From positions 3,567,320 through 3,631,319 of the forward strand of contig CAJINV010000004.1 of the NCBI GenBank assembly GCA_905178155.1: a DNA stretch of 64,000 nt, written 5' to 3'. Positions 1 through 13,300 of this stretch are shown one piece after another; the first letter of the stretch is position 1, and each line of letters starts with the position of its first letter. Under the pieces are notes generated by a model. It had not been told where the DNA came from. It did no database searches and saw only the letters and a list, made by a program, of their open reading frames with translations. This DNA is from Amoebophrya sp. A120 (Eukaryota; Protista; Dinoflagellata). A program made the translations under genes and the position numbers.

Positions 1-27
1 AAGTAGAAACGATCGCAAAGGAATAAA

Positions 28-3000
28 ATGTCTTCGTCGCGGCCTCCCTTTTGGGAGGTCACTGACGTGGAGATCGTTCGGAAGGAGGGTAGTTCCACGA
101 AGGTTGCAGAGGCGGTTATCGAAGCTAGGCCGACCTCGAAATACCCGAATCTATGGGTGTGCTGCAGTTCCCGCGCGGAAGGCAGCAGCAAATTTGACGA
201 CGTGGAGTTGACCCGGACCATCTTTTTGCTGAAAGACGGGTGTCGGGCTAGTGGGCGCAGTGTGGTACTTCAGTTCAAGCCCACCGGGAAAAAGTTGGTC
301 AGTTTGAAGGCCACGTTCCTGACGGAGGCCGACGTCAAAGGGTTTTGCACGGTGTGTGGGCTACCGTTCGGGGAGGTTCCGCAGCCAGCAGTGGCGAGCA
401 ACAAACGAGAAGAGCCAATAAGCAGTGCACCGGCGTGGGCCACGGACCCGATGGAGCGGGCGAAGCGGGCGCGCCTGGAGAAGCCGGTGGTGAAAAGACC
501 ACCCGATCAGCACGAGTAAGCTGAATGATAAGAAAGCAGCGAATTGCAGCTTCTATACAGACGCGATTATTTTGATGTCGGACACGACGTTAGCTGATAT
601 CAAACAACTTTGTTCTGTAGAGAGTTTATCACGCATCAAAGCATGTGAGAAGTCATACAAGAGGTTTATCTCACACAACAACAACTACCTAACTCCGCAG
701 CCCCAGCGTCGTGATGGGTACGAACGCACTGAAAACGAAATCCCTGCCCCAACACCTCGCAATACTCGTGACGCACCCGAACAAGAAGAATTTCGGGCTG
801 CAGCAGAGCGACAAACCCTACATGCCCCCGACTGACACCGCGTGGCGCACCAAGCGGGACCTCACCACCGCACGCTGGGAGCAACAGATGGCGAAGGTCC
901 CGGCCCCCAGCTCCCAGTACAAGCGGGACACCCCGGCGCCGAGCTTCACGAATGGCTTGATGAGTCTTTCGAACGCGCCACCGCTCCCCAACGGCACGGG
1001 AACCACGTCTGCCTCGTCGAGCAGCAGCGGTGGCGGTGGCGGCCTCGTGAACCTCGGCAACACCTGCTTCTTCAACGCGGTGTTGCAGTACATCCGCAGC
1101 ATCCCTCTGTTCGAGGAGATTTTGCTCCGTGCGAGGACCGTTGCGAACGGCATAGAAAAAGAACCGGGACTGGAGGGGAAGGGAAAGACAGAAATGAAAG
1201 AGCCTGCCGCTACCACTGCTTCTGCCGATGGCGCCCTTGTTGCTGCGCAAGGAAATAAACATCAAGGCGAAGAAGGTGTTCTTCTTGAGCCGGCAGCGTC
1301 ATCAACCAGCACCATATCCGCAGCTTCACCACCAGAGCACCCGGACGCCTTTCTCTCCCCCGCGAAAGAACCCACGACGAGCAAAACTGCCTGCGACTTG
1401 CGGGCGTTGCCAACGCCGCAACGGACACGGAAGGAGGATGATGAAAATAAAAACGAAGATCACGTCGTGGCAAATAAAGTAAACCTGAATAAACCATCGG
1501 AGACGAGCAGGCTGAATTCCATCGAGATTTACGCACTGTCGGTGAAGGTGTTGGAGGGGTTGAAGAGCAACAGCACGGCGGTGAACCCGGGGGAGCTGCT
1601 GCGGTGCATCAGCAAGAAGAACCCGATGTTTGGGAACCACATGCAGCACGACGCGCACGAGTTTTTCTTGGAATACATCAACCACCTTCACGACGCGCTG
1701 CTAGACCAGGTCCAGGAACTCCCAACGGTGCTTTTCGACAGCGAGGTGTCCCTGCAGCTGGACTGCCGCAGGTGCCACAACTGGCAGAGCGACAACGTGG
1801 AGAAGTTTCGCGACTACAGTCTCGATTTCCTCCCGGCAGGTAGGGCACAGAAGCTGGAGGAATTGCTGGAAGCGTATTTTCAGGACGAGGAGCGCGATAT
1901 TGCAAGGAAAAATCCCCCCTCCCCATATTAAAAACGTATCTGAAAATTTGTGATGCAGATCTGCGGCCACAAATCCTGTCTGTCTTGCTAGAAGGCAAAT
2001 CCAGGCTCTCTGCCACGCTATGCAGGCGATTTGTGATGCTGTAAGGACTACAGGGCAGCCGTCTACCATGCTAGCCGCCTACACCAAAAGGCGCCTATCC
2101 AGGCTTGCAATCTGCGCGCAGTCCTATACTGCAAGACAAATCTGATTTATGTACGCAAATCCAGCACTACAGATTTCCTTTTCGATATGGGGAGGGGGGA
2201 TTTTTCCTTTTGATACGCGAGTACCGCTGTCCGCAGTGCGAGAAGCAGCCAGGCGCACCGGGGCAGGGCAGCAGTTCTTGTGAGGGGGCGAAGGGCGCGA
2301 CGACTACATTTGCTGCGCCCCCCCAAACGGTGATCGCCACCAAGAAAATCCGGCACCCCGCCAAGGCACTGGCGCTGCACCTAAAGCGGTTCAAGGCGGA
2401 TCCCGTCGCGCGGCGATACCTCAAGCGGCGCGAGGAAGTGGAGTTTCCGGAGCGGCTGGACCTGCCGCCGGAGTTTCTGCACCCGGAGCTCCTCAGCGAA
2501 CTCTACGAGGAGCGGGAAAACTATCCACAGGAAAAAGAAATCTAGTTTTATTACCGTAGACGTAATGCATGACAAGTGTCCTCCTCTTCGTGCGCCTGCC
2601 CTATCCAGCATTTTACCTTATACGAGGTAGCGAAAATAATTTTTGGCTGTAGTTCTAGTACGCGTGCGTGAACATCAAATTAAGTGGATTTCTATTGCAT
2701 AAAAGCTACGAGAAGGGGCAACGGCGCAGCAGTGGTGCCGTGTTGACGGCTGCGGAGCTCGACCAAATGTCGGAGGAAGACCAGTTGAAATGGGCGATGG
2801 AGCAGAGCGAGCGGGCCAACGAGAGCAGTGTACTACTAGACACCAGCAAGGACGAAGCTGCAACATCCTTGTTGGACACCACGGTGCACCTGGACGACCG
2901 CCCGGTGACCATCAGCTACCGACTCGCCAGCGTCGTCGTACACACGGGCGACACGCCACACTCGGGGCACTACATCACCTGGAACAGGCGGTGGGAAACC

Positions 3001-3129
3001 AAGACCTGGACCTGCTACAACGACAGCCGCGCGAGCGAGTTCGACCATTTACCCCCTTCGGTGCGCTCCCAGGCGTATCTGCTGCTGTACGAACAGAGCG
3101 ATCCGCTGGACAGCTCCTGTGGGAAGTAA
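28..3129 (+). CDS. Ubiquitin carboxyl-terminal hydrolase (USP/C19 family), 4 exons
   Basis: Cys box GLVNLGNTCFFNAVLQ, QHDAHEF, LHLKRF, His box VVVHTGDTPHSGHY and WTCYNDS, UIM-like SEEDQLKWAMEQS. GT-AG intron 516-700. Removing the introners at 1898-2215 and 2522-2701 plus one DR each joins the frames (DEEREYRCPQCEK). Confidence 0.92.
1898..2215. mobile_element. Introner family B
   Basis: TIR AGGAAAAATCCCCCCTCCCCATAT; DR CGCGA/CGCGA. Confidence 0.92.
2522..2701. mobile_element. Degenerate introner
   Basis: TAT...ATA ends, weak IR, DR AAAAC/AAAGC; removal restores the USP frame. Confidence 0.6.
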
Positions 3130-4333
3130 AGAAGGGACCACGTCGGCTACCTGAAGCCACGTCGGCCTGAGGGCGCGGGCGAGAAGCTCTTGTGATGTGG
3201 AGAAACAAAGTATGGATGTTGGCAAAACGATGTTCATCCAGCGCGAGAAATAAAGTGGCTGCAAAGAGTCCTCTTGCAGCGATGAACGTTATTGCCTCCG
3301 CGTGGAGTTCCTCTGTGCGTTTATTTTCGCAGGAGCGGAAGGGACAAACTGAAACTTCTACTTACTTCGGGTCACGAATTCTACAAGGGACGCAGCATTC
3401 CAGTTGTGATTGTGTACAGGGAGGTTTTCTTGTCTGCTGAATTTCTAACAAACCGCAGAAAGGTCGTCAAAGACTCACTCGCCGTGTTCAAGTTGTCATG
3501 GCCGAAAAGCAAGAAATCTTGCGGTTGTTCCCATTTTCTCCAAAGGAAAGAACTCAGATCTCATCTCTAGTGCACTACACTCAACGTACTTATTATGATT
3601 GTCTCTCCAAAAGATCCGCAATCTGAAAAGATCACGGTATGATGAAAGCACGACCGGAAAACAAGCCGCAAAGGTTTTGCATGGCGATATATTTCACGCA
3701 ACATATTTTTCCAGCATTTTGTGATAATATCAAAGCAAATATCGGATGCATGATTTATTCCCAGGCAAAAGCATCGCAGTGGTGCTTTGTGTAGTGGTCT
3801 TGAGGTGCGCTACTAAATTTTTGTACCGCAAAAATATATGAAGATGATAGTACACGACAGCAACACTACCGCTTAAGTTTCTAAGGCGAACGCGAACAAC
3901 AACATTTTGAGTAAATTTTTAGGCTTTGAAGTAGTAAAAGTATAAGTTTATTTTCTAGCGACAAGACTTTATCTTGTCGCAGTAGGCACGACTATAGTAG
4001 AGTTTTGAAGAAGGTTGTGTATATCTCAAAAAAAAATATAGGCCGTTCGTGTCAACATCCTTCACACAAAAATCCTCACATCAGCAACATAGCTCCTTTC
4101 GGGAGAATAAAATCAGTACCACAAACAACGCAAAGTAGCATTGAGCGTAATTCCCATCATTATAGCGCAAGAAGCGCAATTATTATGCAGCAACCGTCAT
4201 GAGAAGTACTAGAACGGCCCTGACTGTCGGTTTGATGATTATATCGTCCGGTCCATTACTTCGCTGCTAGTCCCTGCATCAAGACAACCGTTGATTGTTC
4301 CTTGCTTTAACATTTAAAGGAAAAAAGCAGTCA

Positions 4334-7300
4334 ATGATGCAGGCACAACCGTTGTACATCCAAGCCGGCTGCAAGCTGGGCGACCAGGGCATTGGTGCCT
4401 CGGCTCTCTCCTTTGCCAACCTGCAGATGCAAAGCGACAAGTACCTCTGCGTGAAAGATGCGGAGAAGGGGCAGGTTATCCTGAGTAAAAACGTCCCCAC
4501 CCCATAGTCACGATGGGAAATCTGCTAGCCAAATCAACAAGCTTAGGCTGTTACGCATGACAAGCTTGGGTCCGTGATGTAATCCTGTTTAGCTCGTTCA
4601 GTAGCATCACAGAGCTAGCCTACTATGCTGCTTGGAGCATTACAAAACTTCAAAACACGACTAGGAATCGCCTCTCATGGGGCTTCGCATGAGAAACGTT
4701 TTGAGGTTGCGTCTTTTGCATGATAAGTATGGGGTGGGGACGTTTTTACATAGGATACAGGTTGTGGTGTTTGATATCCAAAACAACTACGCCAAGGACA
4801 CAAAACCCATGAAGGCCGATACGGCACTGATGAACCCCTCCAAAAACTGGATCGCACTCAAGGGTACTTTACTTAATATTGCAGTTTATGCAATACAAAT
4901 CTTTTTCGTAAGGTCAATCAGCATTACAAATTCCTTTTCTCATGCTGAGGAAATTTGTAATGCATTTATACGAGTGATGTAGTTAATTGTAATTCGGATC
5001 ACACAACGAACTGCAGGTAAAAGTGACCAGGGGGGTGATTTCGTCCAGGTTTACAACCTATCAAATGCAAAAATGTCTGGGTCTGGAACTACAAAGCAAC
5101 TTGTAATGCTAAATCTGAATCATGTAACAATCTGTGTTGCGTGATTACCAAAAGCTGTCAACTTTTGACCTAATCGAGAGGCAGTTTCTCATGCAGGGTA
5201 GGCATGATAAAACTCTCACAGAATTTGTCATGCTCTGTCCTACATACCAGACCTGACGGGTCATGGAAAACCGGCACGACAAATCTTGCATCCTTCCAGA
5301 CCCAGACATATTTGCAATCCATACAACCTCGATACCAAAGCGAAGCTGGGGGTGTGGAACTGCCCGGAGGACCTGGTGCTCATGTCCTGGCTGAACGACG
5401 ACGTTCTGGGTCTGGTCCTGTCAAGAACGACCTACCACTGGAAGGTCGAGGGGTCCGCAGAAGCGGAAAAAATCATGGACCGCACAGGTAGAAGAAGTTG
5501 TCTTCGAAGGTTTTTTTTCTTTTTGATGGAACTGACTATGTGGAACGTCGACCATGGCACCTCCACCTGCGTGAAGAAAAAACACGTTCATTGCCTTCAC
5601 GTTAATAAAGTAGCGCTCCATCTTGAAACAAGATCTACTATTAATAACTATCTGAAAAAAAAACAGACAAGCTTGCGGAGCCTGCCACACAAGTGGTGTC
5701 TTACTCGATGGACCCCAACGGGTATCCAGGAAAAAAAGTGTGTAAGTGTAACTTTCTTTGAGAAACAGCATCACAACTTTGCTCTACATTAGAGAGAAAA
5801 CCTGGCATGCGTGGCTTGTAAGGAAAAACACACATGAAAAGAGGACTTCATGGCTGTCTGGCATGACAGGCGCAACTCTGTTGCAGCATGTCCTGCAACA
5901 CAAATTTACACTTACACAGTTTTTCTCTTGCATAACGGGGCCTGGTGTCTGCTGTGCGGAATCGCGAGCGACGACAAGAAAACCATTGACGGCTACATGC
6001 AGCTCTACTCCATCGAAAGGAAGCAGCAGCAGCTCATTCAGGGACATGGCGGTACATAATATGTATTTTGCGTAGCTGTGGGTGTAGCTATCCAGGTGAA
6101 ACAGTACTGCATGTTTATGACTTGTTTTTTGCATGAGAAGTTGTGCTTTTTGTTTTTCTCTTGCGCATGACAAGTTTGTGACTTTTTGAAAATCTATCAT
6201 CCTAGGTGCTTTCGGCAAAACTCTAGTGGACGACAGCAACGTGCCGGCAACGCTTGTCACATTCGCCAAGAGGGATAAGGGATCTTTCGCGACAACGTAC
6301 AACTTATTTATTTTTGTGTCGACAAGGATGAATGGACTGTCATGTTGCTGGTGTGCGAAATCCAAATCTTTGACTCTCGCTCTCCCAGAGCAGATGACAT
6401 GCTGCGCTTCGAGAAGCAAACCGCTTCTCTTTCTATTGATTCTGATTCCTTGTGCCATTAACAAGTACTTCCTCTAGTGGGGTTGTCAAATACAGGCGAT
6501 CATCCCAGTTGTGATCTGCTTGGAGTCGACGCGCCAGTCTATGCACGAAATAAGTACTTCTGAAACTACCCCAGGCTGCAAATCAACGAGGTCGGGCAGG
6601 ATTTCAACACTGCGGGGCGAAAAAAACACATGGTGCAAAAGGAGATCCTATCAAATGCAAAAATGTCTGGGTCTGGAAGACAGTAACTTGTGATGCTAAA
6701 TCTGAATCATGCTAAAATCTGTGTTGCATGAGTGCCAAAAGCTGTCCACTTTCGACCAAGTTGGGAGGGGATTTCTCATGCAGGATAGGCATGACAGAGA
6801 CCTGGCAGAGTTTGTCATGCTAGGTCCCGCATTCCAGACCTCATGGGTCATGGAAAATCTGCATGACAAGTTGCATCCTTCTAGACCCAGACATATTTGC
6901 AATGCATAGATCCCGATGCCGCCGGAGAGCCCGAACGACTTCGCCCTGTCGATGCACATATCAAATGTAAAAATGTCTGGGTCTGGAAGAATGCAACAAA
7001 CTTGTCATGCTAAATCTGAAGCGTGCAAAAATCTGTATTGCATGATTACCAAAAGTCGTCCAGTTTTGACCAAGTCGGGAGGGAGTTTCTCATGCAGGAT
7101 AGGCATGAGAGAGATCGCGCAGAATCTGTCATGCTAGGTCCTGCATTCCAGACCTCATGGGTCAGGGAAAAGCTGCATGACAAATCGCGCACTTTTCCAG
7201 CAGACCCAGACATTTTTGCATTTGATAGCACATCAGCGAAAAATTGGGAGTAATATACATGCTGATGAAGTCCGGAAACTTGTTTATGTTCGACGTAGCA

Positions 7301-10300
7301 ACAGGGGAGATGTTGTACCGGAACCCGGTCTCGAAGCAACCCATCCTGAAAGCCTGCAACGCACCGAAGACCGGTATAGTGTTAAAGACGAAGGCGTTGC
7401 GACAAATTTTTACGTCGAGCAACATATATGTAGTCAATGAGTCCTTTCTTGGCGGCACAGTAGTACCTTGACCTGCAGCTTGACTTCGTAGTTCCTACAC
7501 GTTTCACTGTATCGTCGCGCCGGTGCGATTTTTGCTCTGTGATGTGAAGATTTATTTGTGCGTAATATGTTTTGTAGTTCCCTCCGTGTTGTGTATGAAA
7601 AATCTTATCCGTTCTTCATCCTTCTTGTTCTCCCCCCCAGGCGGCATCCTGTTTATCAACAAGGACGGGCACGTGTGCAGTGCCGGCGCCAGCGAGCAAG
7701 GCCTGGTGCCCTACATCTTCACCTCCGCCATTCCCAACAAGCAGGAGATCGGCATCAACCTCGCCAGGCGGTTCGGTTTCGCCGGCGCGGAGGAGATTCT
7801 CAACACGGCGTTCCAGAGGGACTTTGCCATGCAGAACTACAAGGAAGCCGCTACCACGGTCGCAAAAGCGAAAGCCCTACGGACCAGCGAAACCATTGAG
7901 AAATTCAGGGTATAGTTGTGTTTTTAAAGCTAGTTGTAGAGAATCACCGTCGAAGACTTTGGACGCACGTGAGGAGCAGAAAAGTTCTTTGCATTCGATA
8001 AAAATCATACCGCGAAAAAAACATTTTATCGTTCTCGTTTTCGTGCAAAAATCACAGAACGCGCCGCAGCCCGCGGGGCAGCCGCTGCCGCTGCTGACGT
8101 ATTTTTCTACCCTGCTCGACAAGGCGGGGAAGTTGAACAAATACGAGTCCGTGCAGCTGTGCCAGCTGGTCGTCCAGCAGGGGAGGCACGACCTCATCGA
8201 GAAGTGGCTTAACGCCGACCAGTTGGACTGCAGCGAGGAGTTGGGCGACGTCATCAAGCAACTCCCCGCGCTGAGTCAGCACGCGCTCAAAGTCTATTAC
8301 AAGGGCGAGGCGCACCAGAAAGTGATCAACAGCTTTATGGAAATGGGGCAGGTGGACAAAATCATCGAGTACGCGAAAAAGGTACGGAATTCCCTATAAT
8401 TTTCATCGTTCTGCCATTCGACAGTTGGTAGAAGTGGTGGTGTCTATCGGATAGTTAACGCGAAAAATGATTCTACAACTTTTTTCTCATATGATCTTCC
8501 TGATGCAGCAGCAGGAGGCTAAGTAGCCTGTAGGTGTAGCTAAATGGCACAGTTTTTATGCAATGAAAACCATCGCAAAAAATAAACATGGTAGTATTTG
8601 AACACTCGTCTCTCAACAACAGGCCAACGCCAAGGCGGACTACTCCGGGCTGATGCGAAACTTGGTGGCGGTGAACCCCCAGCAGGCGGTTGAGTTTGCG
8701 AAGAGTCTGATGAACAACGTGCCGCCGCTGACGGACATCCGGCAAATCATCGACACGTTTATGAGCCAGAACCGGCTGCAGGAAACCACGTCGGTGCTGA
8801 TCGATTATTTGAAGGAAAACAAGCCGGAGCACGCGGCGCTGCAGACGGAGCTGTTCCGCATGAACTTGCTCCAGGCGCCCCAGGCGGCGGAGTTGATCTT
8901 CCAGTTGGACACCTTCACCCACTACGACAAGCAGGTGGTCGCGCAGCTGTGCGAGAAGGCCGGATTGTGGAATCGGGCCCTGCTATCAAACGCAAAAATG
9001 TGTCGGCCCGGAAGGAGGCAAGGTTTGCCATGCACATTTTGCATGACTCATGATTTCTGTGATGCATGCCCCAGCATCACAGATTTTTTAAGAGCTTCTT
9101 GATGCTAATTACGCATGAGAAGTTATGCCCTCTCCGCGTGCCAAGAACTGACGCCTCTGGCTGCTCATGCAACACAGATACTTTTGGAATTCGCAAACAG
9201 CATTACAAATTGCATTCTTCCAGACCTAGACATATTTGCATTTGATACCTGCAGGACTACACGGACATCTCCGACGTGCGCCGCGTGTTGGCGTACGCGC
9301 CGACCATGAACGCGGAATTTCTCGTGAATTACTGCACGAAACTTCCCCCGCAGACGTGCCTGGAGGTGATGGGGGACCTTATGCATTGCAAAAGTATCGT
9401 ACTAGTATAAATCGCAATACAAATTTCCTTAGCTGCATTAGAAATGGAATTTGTAATGCGGATTTGCCTTAAGAAAAAGATTTGTAATGCATGACTGCGA
9501 TTACTACGAGTGCGATACTTTTGCACAGGATAGACCTGATGAAAAACCGACACCAGAACTTGAACGTGGTCGTGCAAGTGGCCATCAAGTTATAACAGTG
9601 CACAACTCCCCGTGTCCCTCATTTGTCATGCAAAATACCCAATCCGCCCTTTGCTTGTTGGCACAATTTGCATGACAAGTTCTGATAGCCCAAATAGCGC
9701 TATACTCCAGTGCAAGTCTGTCATGCAAAACCGGCATTCTTGCTGATGCTTGTATGGCCGTTCGTGCTATACAAATGAGGGGGAGGGGGAGTTGTGCGCT
9801 GTGATACAAGTGCCACCAGCAGATCGGCGCGGAGAAGCTCATCGAGATGTTTGAGTCGTATTACAATGAAAAATGCCCCCACCCCACACTTGGCAGCATT
9901 TGTAATTGTATTGCAAACCTTTCCAATAGAAACATTTCCCGTCTTGCATATCTCAGCATCACAAATTTTCCATGCTGAATAGCTCGAATTTGTGTTGCGA
10001 AGGGGCCCAACAGCAGCTGGATATGTTATGCACAAGGTACCTTGCGCACCTAGATTCTGCATCAGAAAGGCTCGCAATCCTTTCATGCAAGACAAAAAGC
10101 TTTCATTTGGAAACTTTGCATGACAATTCGGGGGTGGGGGCATTCTTCATTGTAATAAGTCGTTCTCCAGTTTCGAGGGCGTATTCTACTTTGTGGGCGC
10201 GATCTCCAGCCAGATGGGCGAGGGCCACCCGGAAGTGATCTTCAAGTACATTCAGGCGGCCTCCCGGTTGGGCAACGTGCAGGAGGTGGAGCGCGTGCTG

Positions 10301-13300
10301 AAGGAAAACCCCAAAAGTTACGACCCCGTGAAAGTAAAAGACTTCCTGAAAGGCGAAAAACTCCCCGACCCCCGACCCTTGATCTACGTCTGCGACCTAC
10401 ACGGCTTCATTGAGGAGCTGGCGACATACCTGTATAGTTTGTTTTTGATGTCCGAGTTTTTTTTATTTCCTGGACACAGCATAAAGGGTAAAAGATGAAG
10501 GACCACTTCTTGGGTTTTCAATATTTTCTCACGCGAGATCATGAACTTGTATGGTTATCAACCCAATATTAAACTACAGGTACAACAACCAATTACTGAA
10601 GTACATTGAAGTGTACGTGACGAAGGTAAACCCGTTGAACACCCCGAAGTTCGTCGGTACCCTGATCGACCTCGACTGCAGCGAAGATTTTATCAAGCAG
10701 TTGCTCCAGGCGGTTCGTTCCGCCTGTCCGGTGGAGCCGCTGGTGACGGAGTGCGAGAAGCGCAACCGGCTGCGGCTGTTGCAGCCCTGGCTGGAGGCTC
10801 GCGTCTCCGAGGGGAACCAGGAGGGCCCGTTGCACAACGCGCTGGCCATGATCTGCATCGAAACCGGGCGAGACCCGGAAACGTTCCTGAAGAACAACCA
10901 CTTCTACGACAGCAAGGTCGTCGGGAAGTTCTGCGAGGAACGGGACCCCCACCTCGCCTACACATGTTACAAGCGCGCCTTCGGGCAGTGCGACGAGGAG
11001 CTGGTGGCGGTCACGAACAAGTATCCTGAGCAAAAACGTCCCCACCCCATAGTCAAGTTGGTAAATCTGCAACACAAATCGCCAAGTTTTGGGAGTTGTG
11101 CATGACAAGTTTCCATCTGCAGCGTTGTACTGGTTAACAAGGGAAGCCGCATGAGAAAGCCATTTTGTCATGGTGTTTACAGCATTACAACAGATTTCAA
11201 AACACGATTGGAAATGCCTCTCATGGAGATGCGCATTACAGATGCTCCTGTCGTTGCGCATTTGCATGACAACTCTGGGGTAGAGGGGGGGGGCAAAGTG
11301 TGCTGCAATTCCTTTAGCATGACAACTCTGGGGTGGGGACGTTTTTACATAGGATAACAAAAACGGCCTGTTCAAGCTCCAGGCGAAATACCTGGTGGAG
11401 CGGAAATCCCCCGAGCTGTGGGCCACGGTGCTCGGGGAGGAGGCGAACCAAGAATTTCGGAGGAAAACCATCGACCAGACGATCAGCTCCGCGCTCCCGG
11501 AGTGCATATCAAATGTAAAAATGTCTGGGTCTGGAAGAATTCATGTTTGTCATGCTTGTCTTGCATGACTCTTAAATCTGTCATGCACGGTTCCCAAGAG
11601 CTCTGATTTTCTGTGATGCAGAAGCGCAGTTTGTCATGCAGAATAGGCAAAACCTAGGAGCTCAGAAACTTGTCATGCTGAGCCAGCATCTGTAGCCTCG
11701 TCATGAGACGCCACCCAGCATCACAAGTTTCCAGACCCAGACATTTTTGCAATCCATAGTGCACCAACCCGGACGAAGTGTCCGTCACCGTGAAGGCCTT
11801 CATCGCGGCGGAACTGTATCAACTGTAAAAATGTCTGGGTCTGGAAGGTTGGAACTTGTAATGCTAGCTCTACATTCCTGGGAAATCTGTATAGCATAAC
11901 GAACAAAAGTCGCAGCCTCTTTTGTCATGCAAAAACGCAGTTTCTTATGCGGATTGCCTACGAGAAAGCGTTTTGGGAAGTTGTCATGCCGGACTGCATT
12001 CGGAAGTGTTTTCATCATGCACATGTTAGCATCACAAGTTTCCAGACCCAGACATTTTTGCATTGGATAAACTGCACTCGGAGTTGATTGAGCTGCTGGA
12101 GAAGATCGTGCTCCACCGGTCCGAGTTCGCCAACGCACGAAACCTGCAGAATCTGCTGATCCTCACCGCGATCCGCGCCGACCCCACAAGGGTGATGGAC
12201 TACATCAACCGGCTGACCAGTTACAACGGCCCGGAGATCGCGAAAGTGGCGCTGGGTCCAGAGTACAAGCTGTACGAGGAGGCGTTTGTGATCTACAAGA
12301 AGGGCGAAATGCACCCGGAGGCCATGGACGTTTTGCTGTTGAACATTGACAGCATAGAACGGGCCGCGGAGTACGCCGCACGGGTGAACGAGCCGGTCGT
12401 GTGGAGCAAATTGGGAAAGGCGTACTTGGAGTCAGGTAGAGTGACTTGCATAATTTTCAAAGTGAGCTCAGCATGACAAAAATGATTTGTCATGCTGATT
12501 GATCTACTGTGCGAAGCCGATGATTTATACGCAAAATGAAATTATCAGGTGCCGTGGCCGAGGCCATCGACAGTTACATTAAGGCGAACGACGCTTCGGA
12601 CTACATGGAGGTGATATCCGTGGCGGAGAGGCAGAACAAATTCGAGGAGCTGGTGACGTTTCTGAAAATGGCCCGGAAATCGCAGAAGGACCAGCACCTG
12701 GATTCGGAGCTGGTGTACAGCTACGCGAAGATCGACAATTTGGCGGACTTGGAGGAGTTCGTGTCCGGCACCAACACCGCCAACTGCCAGATGATCGGCG
12801 ACCGGTTGTACGACGAGGGCAACTACAAGGCGGCCAAGCTGCTCTTCCAGTCGATTGGCAACAACGCGAAGCTCGCGTCCTGCTACGTCAAGCTGGAGGA
12901 ATACAACGCCGCGGTTGAAGCGGCCAAGAAGGCGAACAATCCGAAGGTGTGGAAGGAGGTCTCCGTCGCCTGCGTCGCCGCGCAGGAGTTCCGATGCGCC
13001 AGTATCGCCGGCATGAGCATCATTGTGCACCCCGACCATTTGGAGGAATTAATCGCCCAGTACGAGAAGCACGGGTATTTCGAGGAGCTGATCCAGCTGC
13101 TGGACCAGGGGCTCTCCGCGGAGCGGGCGCACGTCGGGATGTACACGGAGTTGGCGATTCTGTACAGCAAGTACAAGCCGGAGAGGCTGATGGACTTCAT
13201 CAAGATGAACACGCAGAAGTGCAACATCCCGAAGGTGATCCGGGCCTGCGAGCGCCACTGCCACTGGGAGGAGGCGGTGCATTTATACACGCACTACGAC

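Noticed and set aside
5204-7471. Short recurring ORFs such as [26 protein letters not shown]
   Set aside because: They are translations of family A TIRs, not a protein family.
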